This document shows, in pieces, positions 30,176 to 39,150 of a stretch of 64,000 bases of DNA. Below the pieces are notes generated by a model. The model was not told the origin of the DNA. It made no database searches and saw only the letters and a list, made by a program, of their open reading frames with translations. Made by a program: the position numbers and the translations under genes. The first letter of the stretch is position 1, and every line of letters starts with the position of its first letter. Origin of the DNA: Candidatus Hodarchaeota archaeon (lineage in GTDB: Archaea > Asgardarchaeota > Lokiarchaeia > Sigyniarchaeales > SOKP01); assembly GCA_048887225.1 (NCBI GenBank), contig JBHLJY010000008.1, positions 1 through 64,000 on the forward strand, written 5' to 3'.

Positions 30176-32263
30176 TTATTTAATAGAACTAATTAATTGA
30201 TTTTTTATCTCTTGATATTTGTTTAGCGCTTCAATAACTTTTCCCTTTTTTATTAGGTCTTCCCCTTCTTTGTTTAATTGCTCAATATTTATTTTAATTT
30301 TTTCAAATCGATATAACTCTAGAAGTTTGTAATGATAATTCAAAGTTCCAGCATCCATAGCTTCAATCTTCCATTTAAATAATTCTCCTATTTCTAAATC
30401 TGTTGATTTATCGGGTAATAAATTAGTTGGTTCGTTAATGTAATGAAGATAATATAATGGAATAATATCCTCAACTATAACCCCTTCTAATACGGTCCTA
30501 AACGGATTTGTTAAGGGTAGCTTGGCTTCATAAAGGCCATCCAATTCGAGTTTATTCAAATTGGAGTGAGTTTTTATAATTTTTAAATTATCCTTAATTA
30601 TAAATATAATTGTTCTGGAGACTCTTCGTCGTAAATTATAATTAATCTGTACTTTGTCTTTCGGAGCAAAATTCTTAACTTCCCATTTCAATTCAAGTCC
30701 TTCTTTAGTGAATGTTTTATTTGTTAAATCTTTTACAACCTCTCCATTAAATCTCACTTCAATAATTTCAAAATTATAAGGAATTAAATCGGTAATTATA
30801 GCTTCATCTATCATTTCTTCTAGACGATTTCTAAACCCTGAGCGTACTTGGTATATTATTTCTTCATTTTCTCCTCCAGATTTAAGAGCTTCCCTCGCAA
30901 TCTCCTCTTCCATTATCTCGCCGGAGCTAGTCGTTGATATGACTTTATTAATAACATATTTTTTTACGTTGACACGATGTTCATTAAGTAATGTTCCAAT
31001 TTGTTCTAATTTTTCTTGGATATCGTCAGCCAAATCTCCTAAAAGATTTTTTATGGAGAAATCCTCAACTATTGGTGATATATCTTCATCAATTTTAATT
31101 ATATTTTCGATTTCTTTTGCTTTTTCTGTTAAAATCTCAATCTCTCTGTGAGTTGCAGATTTCTTTTCACTAATTTCTTTTTCAATTTGTTCTAAAACTT
31201 GCTGATATTCCTTTTTCACCTCACCCATTCCTATTAGCTGTGAAATATGTATAATCCTTTCACAGTTGCTTAAGGCTGCGTTTAAAAAATTATTTTCTTG
31301 ATTCCTCCTTAGTTTTTCCTTATATTCTGCTAAATTCAAATAAAGTTTATTGTATTTTGTTTCAGCAGCAATAAGATCTTGTCTTGTTTCTGTTAATAAT
31401 TCTTTATATTCTGGCATATCTTCGTTTATAATTAATTTGATAACTTTATCTATTGCCAAAATTGCTTCTTGAAAAAGGAATTTTTCCTTCAATTTTTTGG
31501 ATTCTTCAATAGCTTTTTCAATTTCTTCACTCAATTCTTTTTTCCTTTTATAACTCAAATATTCATCCTCATTTGACTGCCATGTTGCTTCTATTTTTTC
31601 ATCAAAGATATTAGTAAGGAGTTTCTTAGCATTAGTAATTATTTGATTCATATTTGTTAAATCGGTTTTTTTTGAAACCCTTTTAAATTGATTATTTAAA
31701 TCTTTAAGTTCTTGTTTTATCTTTTCTTGCTCAGCTATGAAATTATTCCATAAATCTTCTTCTTTTGATATAAAATCTCTAATAGTTGTTGCGATAGAGG
31801 GTAAATTAAAAATATTTTCAAATTTTTGCTTAAAATCAGTCACAATTTTATGAGCATCCACAATTTTATTGTTTGCTACTAATTTTTCAAAATCATCTTT
31901 AACTATGTCAAAAGCATCTTTAAAGAGAGAAATTTTATTTTTTTCAATAATTTTAGCTCGTGTGTTATCAATAAATTCTTCTTGTTCTTCCACTATTGTT
32001 GGCAACTTAGCTTCCTTCGCTAACATTTTTATTTCCATAGCAACGCTTATGGCTTCTTCCAATTTTCCAATTAAAAAATTATTATTTTGGACAACTCTCA
32101 AATTATCTATTCTATCCAGAAGCCTTACCTTTTTAGCCCTTTCTTCCTCAAATGGTTTTTCTTCTATAGGTTCAGCTCTTTCTTTCGCAATGGGCTTCTT
32201 CTTTGTGGGCTTTTTGGCTTTTTTCTTCTTTTTTACTTCTTTTTTATCCCTTTTTAAACTCAA
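30176..32263 (-). CDS. helical-repeat plus tandem beta-sandwich protein with Lys-rich N-terminus (paralog of 32291..34618)
   Basis: Shares AIITDLIPYNFEI, KEGLELKW, LRRRVSRTIIF, VEDxIPLYYL with its neighbour. Confidence 0.85.
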   Translation of the reverse strand: MSLKRDKKEVKKKKKAKKPTKKKPIAKERAEPIEEKPFEEERAKKVRLLDRIDNLRVVQNNNFLIGKLEEAISVAMEIKMLAKEAKLPTIVEEQEEFIDNTRAKIIEKNKISLFKDAFDIVKDDFEKLVANNKIVDAHKIVTDFKQKFENIFNLPSIATTIRDFISKEEDLWNNFIAEQEKIKQELKDLNNQFKRVSKKTDLTNMNQIITNAKKLLTNIFDEKIEATWQSNEDEYLSYKRKKELSEEIEKAIEESKKLKEKFLFQEAILAIDKVIKLIINEDMPEYKELLTETRQDLIAAETKYNKLYLNLAEYKEKLRRNQENNFLNAALSNCERIIHISQLIGMGEVKKEYQQVLEQIEKEISEKKSATHREIEILTEKAKEIENIIKIDEDISPIVEDFSIKNLLGDLADDIQEKLEQIGTLLNEHRVNVKKYVINKVISTTSSGEIMEEEIAREALKSGGENEEIIYQVRSGFRNRLEEMIDEAIITDLIPYNFEIIEVRFNGEVVKDLTNKTFTKEGLELKWEVKNFAPKDKVQINYNLRRRVSRTIIFIIKDNLKIIKTHSNLNKLELDGLYEAKLPLTNPFRTVLEGVIVEDIIPLYYLHYINEPTNLLPDKSTDLEIGELFKWKIEAMDAGTLNYHYKLLELYRFEKIKINIEQLNKEGEDLIKKGKVIEALNKYQEIKNQLISSIK

Positions 32264-32290
32264 TATCTTACACTTAAGACTTTTTTCTAT

Positions 32291-34618
32291 TTATTTATTG
32301 TATTCTTCTAATTGATCTATTATATTATCGTAAATCATTAACGCTTCCGTTAAATCACCTTGGCTGAGGGCTAATATTCCATTTTTGCCTAAATCAATGA
32401 CATTTATTTTGATCTTTTCTAATTTATACTGCTCTAGAAGCCTATATTGGTAATTTAATGCTTCCATTTTCATGGTGCCTATATTCCATTTTACCAATTC
32501 TCCATACTCCGAGCTAGTTATTTCTGCGGGTAATAAATGTGTTGGCTCTTTGATAAAATAAAGATAATAAAGTGGAATAACATCTTCAACGATTACACCA
32601 TCTAATACTGAACCATATGAATTTGTAAATGGTAATACTGCTTCGTAAAGACCTTCAAGTTTTTCGAGTTTATTCAAATTGGAGTGAATTTTTATAATTT
32701 TTATATTTTCTTTAAAAACAAAGATAATTGTCCGAGAAACTCTTCTACGCAAACTATAATCAATTTCAACCTTTTCTTTTAGAGGTATATTTTGAATTTG
32801 CCATTTAAGTTCCAAACCTTCTTTTGTAAGAGATTTATCAGGTAATTTCTTAACTGGTTTACCATTTAATTGCATATCGGTAATTTCAAAATTATACGGA
32901 ATAAGATCAGTAATAATTGCATCTTTAACAGAATCTTTAAAAGGATTTATTATGCTTGATTTTACGCTATATTTAACCATCTCATCCTTTTCTTCTATTT
33001 TTTGGACTTCAAATTTTTTTTCATACTCAACAACATCTCCAGAAGCACTCGTTAATAAAGCTCTATTTGATATTTCTTTCTTTATATCAACTCTATGCTC
33101 GATAAGCAAATTACCTAATTGATCTAATATTTTGCTAACGTCATCCGATAAGTCTCCTAAAATCTCATTAACAGCAAATTCTTCAACTAAGGGCAATACA
33201 TTTTCATTGTCAACTACAATTATTTTTTCAAGATCTTTTGCCTTTTTAGTTAATTCGATTTGTTCATTCTGTATATTAACCTTTCTTTTATCCAATTCTT
33301 CCTTTATTTCCTCTAATATTTGATTATACTCTACTACTGAATCATGTTTTTTGATAGATTCAGCAAGCTGGATTATTTTTTCGCAATTAATTAACGCAGC
33401 ATTTAAAAAATCATTTTTAATACCCTCTTTAATTTTTTCTACTAATACCGCAATTCTTTCACGGACTTTAATATACTCCATTTCGGCCTTAATAACTTCT
33501 TTTCTTTTTTCTTGAAGTTTTTTACTATATTCTAAAATCTCTTTATCTTGTACGAATTCCATTGTTGAATTTAGTCTTGATATTGCTTCTTCAAATTGGA
33601 AACTTTCTTTCAATTTGGTGCTTTCCTCTAATGATTCTTCAATCTCTTTGATCGTCACATTTTTTCTCTTCCACTCTGCATAATCGATTTCAATTTTGCT
33701 CCAGTTCTTTTTTACCACTTCGTCAATTACTCTTAAAAGAAGATCTTCTGCTTTCATCATAGTCTCTTCTACATCAGAAATTTCAAATTTTTTCATCGCT
33801 GTTTTGAGTTTAATCTCTAATTGATCAAGTTCTTTACTAAATTTTTGTTGTTTCCTCTTAAAATTATACCAAAGATTTTCATCTCTTGCTAATAATTCGT
33901 TTGTTGACGGGATGGATGTTAAATCTATTATTTTTTCATATTTCTTTTTGAATTCTTCTATGATATTATGTGCTTTAAGAATATCTTTAGGATTATTGGT
34001 TTTTATTAGCTCATCAAATTCTTTTTTAATTTCGGTTGTGTCTTCTTCCACGGTTTCAGCATTCGCTTTAATTTTATATTTTTCTTTTATCTCTTTAATA
34101 AAATCTTCTTGCTCTCTTTCCAGTGCGCTATCAATAGTTTTCTTTGCTAATTCAATAATCTTTTCGGAAATTTTTATACAATCATCGTATAGTTCCCTCT
34201 CAACAAGCGAGGTTAATTCCTTTTTCAACGATTTTATTTCTTTTAGGAGTGGTTCTAATTTCAATTCTTGTTCTTTAATGTGAGCGTTTAACTCTTCCCA
34301 GTCAAGATCAAGAAATTGAAAGAAGTCTGATGGCTCAGAACCAGATTCTATGGTAATGTTGCGCAGAATTCTTAAATGAACGGGAAGTTTTTCAGAAAAT
34401 CTTGTACGGATTTCAGGAATATAATTTCTCAAAGTTTGAGTTACATTTTTACCTATCCAAACATACATTCTCTTTTGGATTGGGATATAAATTGCTAAAA
34501 TATCAAACAAAGTAAATAAATTAAGTAAATCTTGAGAAGTTTCTATCGAAATTTCCTCAAAATTTCCAGAATAATTTAATCTAAATACTTTTAAATTTAT
34601 AACTTCCATTATAAACAC
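32291..34618 (-). CDS. gelsolin-domain protein with helical repeats and tandem beta-sandwich domains
   Basis: N-terminal KVFRL...MYVWIGK...IESGSEPSDFFQFL gelsolin signature; start may be ATG 34609. Confidence 0.85.
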   Translation of the reverse strand: MFIMEVINLKVFRLNYSGNFEEISIETSQDLLNLFTLFDILAIYIPIQKRMYVWIGKNVTQTLRNYIPEIRTRFSEKLPVHLRILRNITIESGSEPSDFFQFLDLDWEELNAHIKEQELKLEPLLKEIKSLKKELTSLVERELYDDCIKISEKIIELAKKTIDSALEREQEDFIKEIKEKYKIKANAETVEEDTTEIKKEFDELIKTNNPKDILKAHNIIEEFKKKYEKIIDLTSIPSTNELLARDENLWYNFKRKQQKFSKELDQLEIKLKTAMKKFEISDVEETMMKAEDLLLRVIDEVVKKNWSKIEIDYAEWKRKNVTIKEIEESLEESTKLKESFQFEEAISRLNSTMEFVQDKEILEYSKKLQEKRKEVIKAEMEYIKVRERIAVLVEKIKEGIKNDFLNAALINCEKIIQLAESIKKHDSVVEYNQILEEIKEELDKRKVNIQNEQIELTKKAKDLEKIIVVDNENVLPLVEEFAVNEILGDLSDDVSKILDQLGNLLIEHRVDIKKEISNRALLTSASGDVVEYEKKFEVQKIEEKDEMVKYSVKSSIINPFKDSVKDAIITDLIPYNFEITDMQLNGKPVKKLPDKSLTKEGLELKWQIQNIPLKEKVEIDYSLRRRVSRTIIFVFKENIKIIKIHSNLNKLEKLEGLYEAVLPFTNSYGSVLDGVIVEDVIPLYYLYFIKEPTHLLPAEITSSEYGELVKWNIGTMKMEALNYQYRLLEQYKLEKIKINVIDLGKNGILALSQGDLTEALMIYDNIIDQLEEYNK

Positions 34619-34686
34619 TTAATAATTTGCTAAATGTTTATTTTGCTTTTATCTATTTCTCTATAATTCAAAAAAGTTTAAAACGC

Positions 34687-35112
34687 TTATAATTTTTGAT
34701 CTTGATTTGAACTGAAAATATCTTCAATTGTTTTGGTAAAAGAATTGAATCGAGAAATATTCCCGTCAAAATCTTCAATATCTTCTTTAAATTTGATGAA
34801 AAAGGCATCCAATAATTGTTTCGCTAGTATATCTAAAGACTTTTTTATTATTTTAACATCATCGTAGCCTCCTTTATCGCATTTAAAAATTGAAAGAAGA
34901 TTTGACTTTTTATGGGTGTAATAAGAATAAAAATATTTCGACATCATGATTATTCCTAAATCATCCTTTAAGCCGAATTTCGTATAGTGTGCTATTTGAT
35001 CTAAGAAACCAGCTATTAATTGATAATTAATTTCTTTTTTTGCTTTCTCTAAAAAATTATAATAAAAGAGCGCTATACCCGCTTTATTAATTATCATTAA
35101 TTCTTGGATCAA
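34687..35112 (-). CDS. stand-alone longin-domain protein
   Basis: MIQELMIINKAGIALF..LIAGFL..; F..KF....FDGN.SRF.SF end; homologous to the N-terminus of 12444..13343. Confidence 0.85.
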   Translation of the reverse strand: MIQELMIINKAGIALFYYNFLEKAKKEINYQLIAGFLDQIAHYTKFGLKDDLGIIMMSKYFYSYYTHKKSNLLSIFKCDKGGYDDVKIIKKSLDILAKQLLDAFFIKFKEDIEDFDGNISRFNSFTKTIEDIFSSNQDQKL

Positions 35113-35287
35113 TTTAACTCAAATAAATTCTTTAATGCTGATATTAAAGATTATAAAATATTATTGTATACAAATTTTGTTTTAATCCTATTTAATAGTA
35201 ATAAAAAAAAAATTATTAAAGAATTAGTGTGTAATAATTGGGCGAATAAAAAAAGAAATATACTTCATTATTTCATTTAGGCAACTT

Positions 35288-37057
35288 TCAAGGAGATTTA
35301 TTAATTTTCTTGGCCGAAGGTTTTTCTTCTATAAGTTTACCCTTTAATAAAGAAATAGCTGAAAATTCTCTATATATTGAATTAAATGCCTTTTCACGAC
35401 TAGTAATATCCACGCTTGGCATTTTTTTCCTTTTCAGTGTTCTTCGATATTTTCGGACTTTCCTAACGGGTTTTGGATATTTTAAATATAATTGATAAGC
35501 AAGAAGATATCCTCCTAAACAAATGGCACCCGAGATAGCAGCTATCGCTATTAATACATTAAACCATGGTTCTTCAATAAGAGTTGTTTTAGTTTTGTCA
35601 TCATCATCATCGGCAGCCGGAGGGGGGGGATTGTAAAATACAGTGTAAGAGATCACAAAATAAACATCATCGATTGAAATGTTGATTATACGATCTAAAT
35701 TAAATTCATCTAACATAAGAACTTGAATCGTTAGCGTGATGTTTTTTTCTATAGGTATGTAATCTGTAACATCGTATCCGCCTGATTTTACTTCTGTAAA
35801 ATTGCCATTTAATTTGGAATGGTTATACGATCTTAATTTAGTGTAAGGATATTCCGCTTGCGAAATATTATTAATTAGAAATTTGATTTCTGAATTAAAA
35901 GATTCGGAGGGCCATGTTTGATCAATTTTATATTTAAAATTAAGTAGAGCGTTGTCAATTCTTACATAACTATAGTATGGTATATGTGTAAAATTAATCA
36001 TATTACCTTTTTGGCTCCAAGATACAGATGCGAACTGGTTTATTTTCTTTCTGTAAGTAAAATTTAAACTAAAATAATTGATTAGTGTAGAATTCCAAAA
36101 ATCCATATCTGAATTACAATTATCTTCACTATGTATATCTATACCTACGATTATTGTAAAATTCTGATCGTCTTTAGATAAGATAGAAGATAAATCATCA
36201 ATTAAATCTTGTTGGGAAAGCGTATTCATATTTGTATTTTCCATTTCTAAATAATATAAAGATTCCGTATCATTAGCTAGACCTAAATTTTTAGTTTTAT
36301 TCCATGCAATCTCTCGAGGCGGATCTAATATTGGGTCATAATTAGGTTCAGCAATTCTAACATAAAAATGAGCATAATCATAAATATCTCCCTGAATGGG
36401 AAACAAAATAGCACCTTCAGGACTATCACTTGGGTGGCTTACATCAATATTTCTATCAACTGTAGCATTAACAGTTGCTAAAACACTAGCTGATATTATT
36501 TCATAATCGCTTATATTTACTGGTAACTCAACGTCATGAACCCATTGAATGCTAGGTTCTTGTCTAGGTCCTTCACTCCAGTTATGTTGAGCCCAAAAAC
36601 CATTTGGCGTAATCCCATACCTATCACTACCACCTGCCCCTCTAGTATCGGGCCATTCTGGAAAGGCATTAAAATATGGATTATGTTTGGCTTGCCATTC
36701 TTCCGGTTTCGAAAAATTTGCTATATATGTGAAATTTAGTTCCTTCCCCGTTACTAAAAAGTCTGCTTGACCTGAACTATTGCTCGCTTTGACATCCGTA
36801 GAATCTATCTCAGTAGTGTTAAACCAATGATTTATTCCAGAGGAAAAATTAGTATTTTTGAACCATTCTTCATTTGTATAAGATTGTGAAGCTGAGGTGT
36901 TAGGTTTTTTTTGTTCTCCATTTTCTATAAAATCATCTGAAAAATGTGCTATGGGTTGATTCTGTATTCTGCATTGTAGAAAAATATTTAAAGAAAATAT
37001 AATAAAAATGATTATTATAAATAGTTTTCCTTTATTTTCAATGGATTTTTTTTTCAT
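35288..37057 (-). CDS. cell-surface glycoprotein, copy 1
   Basis: N-terminal signal/TM, 20 N-x-S/T sequons, PPPAADDDDD linker, C-terminal TM, basic tail LKYPKPVRKVRKYRRTLK. Confidence 0.85.
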   Translation of the reverse strand: MKKKSIENKGKLFIIIIFIIFSLNIFLQCRIQNQPIAHFSDDFIENGEQKKPNTSASQSYTNEEWFKNTNFSSGINHWFNTTEIDSTDVKASNSSGQADFLVTGKELNFTYIANFSKPEEWQAKHNPYFNAFPEWPDTRGAGGSDRYGITPNGFWAQHNWSEGPRQEPSIQWVHDVELPVNISDYEIISASVLATVNATVDRNIDVSHPSDSPEGAILFPIQGDIYDYAHFYVRIAEPNYDPILDPPREIAWNKTKNLGLANDTESLYYLEMENTNMNTLSQQDLIDDLSSILSKDDQNFTIIVGIDIHSEDNCNSDMDFWNSTLINYFSLNFTYRKKINQFASVSWSQKGNMINFTHIPYYSYVRIDNALLNFKYKIDQTWPSESFNSEIKFLINNISQAEYPYTKLRSYNHSKLNGNFTEVKSGGYDVTDYIPIEKNITLTIQVLMLDEFNLDRIINISIDDVYFVISYTVFYNPPPPAADDDDDKTKTTLIEEPWFNVLIAIAAISGAICLGGYLLAYQLYLKYPKPVRKVRKYRRTLKRKKMPSVDITSREKAFNSIYREFSAISLLKGKLIEEKPSAKKINKSP

Positions 37058-37085
37058 TCTTATCTTTTCTTTTATTTTAATTTTT

Positions 37086-38855
37086 TTACTCTATTGTTTT
37101 TTTAGCTATTTTATCTGCTATAGGTTTTTTTTCGATGGGTTTACCTTTTAAAAAAGAAATAGCTGAAAATTCTCTGTATATTGAATTAAATGCCTTTTCA
37201 CGACTAATAATGTCCACGCTCGGCAATTTTTTCCTTTTCAATGTTCTTCTATATTTCCGAACTTTTCTAACAGGTTTAGGGTATTTTAAGACTCTTATAT
37301 AATAAACAAGATAACTACCTAAGCAAATAGCACCGGCCGTAGCAATTATCGCTATTAATAGGAAAAACCAGAACTCTTCAATAAAGGTTGTTTTAGTTTT
37401 GCCATCACCATCGGCAGCCGGAGGGGGAGGATTATAAAATACGGTGTAGGAGATTACAAAATAGATATCATCGATTGAAATATTGATTAAACGATCTAAA
37501 TTGAACTCATCTAACATAAGAACTTGAATCGTTAGCGTGATGTTTTTTTCTATAGGTATGTAATCTGTAACATCGTATCCACCTGATTTTACTTCTATAA
37601 AATTTCCATCTAATTCTGTATAGTTATAGGATCTTAATTTAGTGTAAGGATATTCCACTTGCGAAATATTATTAATTAAAAATTTAATTTCAGAATTATA
37701 AGATTCGGAGGGCCAGTTTTGATTAATTTTGTATTTAAAATTAAGTTGAGCATTGTCAATCCGCGTAGAACTATAGTATGGTTCGCTTGTATGGTTAATC
37801 ATATTTCCTCTTTGATTCCATGATACAGATGTAAATTGGTCTATTTTTTTTCTATAAGTGAAATTCAAACTAAACGAATTGATATAAATACTTTCCCATT
37901 GATCCCAGTCCGTTGGATGAAAATTATCTTCGCAAAAAATATCTACTCCAACAATAATGCTGAAATTTTTATAATCCTTTGATAGAGCGGACGTTAAATA
38001 ACTTTTAATATCAGACTCTGGAACAGTATTCATAAAAGTGTTTTCCATTACTCTATAATCCAAACCTTCCGATAAATTATATAATCCTAATATTTTGGTT
38101 CTGTTCCACGCAATCTCTCGAGGTGGTTCAGTATCGGGGTCATAATTAGGTTTTGCGATCCGTATGTAAAATTGTAGATGATCGTAATCAACACCCCAAG
38201 TATAATCAGGTGTAATTTGCACGCCTTCGGGAGTATCACTTTTATGATTCGCGTCAATATTTCTATTAACGCTTGCATTAACAGTCCCAGAAACTTCAGC
38301 AGACGTAATGATATAATCACTCATATTTACAGGCATTTCAACTTCATGAACCCAATTAACACTTGGTTTCTGTATGGGTGTTTCTTGAAAACTATGGCGA
38401 GTCCAAAATCCATCTTCTCTAATTTCATGTTGGTCACTACCATCATGAGGCCATACAGGATATGAAGGTCTATATGGATTATTTTCAGTATTCCATTCTT
38501 CGGGTCTTGAGAAGTTCACCACATAAGTAAAATTTCGTTCTTCACCTAACACTAAAATATCTGCTTGACCTGAACTATTGCTTGCTCTAACATCTGTAGG
38601 ATCTAATTCGGTGGTATTAAACCAATGTTCTATTCCAGAGGAAAAATCAGCATTTTTTAACCACACCACATTTTGATAAGATTGTGAAGATGATGTTTGA
38701 GGTATTCCATCCATTTTATTATCGATTAAATTCTCTGAATTAAAAGTTGAATGTTGATTTTTAATAAGACTTAGTACAAATATGTTGAAAGATAAAGTTA
38801 CTACAATAATAATCAGATACAATTTTTTCTTAGATTTATTCTTCATTATGCTCAT
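37086..38855 (-). CDS. cell-surface glycoprotein, copy 2 (start reassigned to ATG 38855)
   Basis: Same architecture; AGGAG upstream of ATG 38855; aligns with copy 1. Confidence 0.85.
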   Translation of the reverse strand: MSIMKNKSKKKLYLIIIVVTLSFNIFVLSLIKNQHSTFNSENLIDNKMDGIPQTSSSQSYQNVVWLKNADFSSGIEHWFNTTELDPTDVRASNSSGQADILVLGEERNFTYVVNFSRPEEWNTENNPYRPSYPVWPHDGSDQHEIREDGFWTRHSFQETPIQKPSVNWVHEVEMPVNMSDYIITSAEVSGTVNASVNRNIDANHKSDTPEGVQITPDYTWGVDYDHLQFYIRIAKPNYDPDTEPPREIAWNRTKILGLYNLSEGLDYRVMENTFMNTVPESDIKSYLTSALSKDYKNFSIIVGVDIFCEDNFHPTDWDQWESIYINSFSLNFTYRKKIDQFTSVSWNQRGNMINHTSEPYYSSTRIDNAQLNFKYKINQNWPSESYNSEIKFLINNISQVEYPYTKLRSYNYTELDGNFIEVKSGGYDVTDYIPIEKNITLTIQVLMLDEFNLDRLINISIDDIYFVISYTVFYNPPPPAADGDGKTKTTFIEEFWFFLLIAIIATAGAICLGSYLVYYIRVLKYPKPVRKVRKYRRTLKRKKLPSVDIISREKAFNSIYREFSAISFLKGKPIEKKPIADKIAKKTIE

Positions 38856-39150
38856 ATCTGATAATTGTCTCCTTAGAAAATTCTTATTACAATTTCTACT
38901 AATATATAATATAATAAATAATTGCTTTATTTCCAAATAATCTTTTTATAATTTTATAATTAATTATTATAAAATACTTATTTATATAATTTTATGATGA
39001 AGTGTTATTAAACTATAATCATTAAAAGAGTTTTGAGATTTCAATTTTTTCAAATAAAAACTGAATTTGGAATAATAAACAAGAGATACGGATAAAAAAG
39101 AAAGAGACTTAATTATTTTTTAATTTTCTTGGGGAAGGTTTTTCTATTGT

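Noticed and set aside
38856-38936. TTG-started N-terminal extension of surface protein copy 2
   Set aside because: No counterpart in the paralogs, and an RBS precedes ATG 38855.
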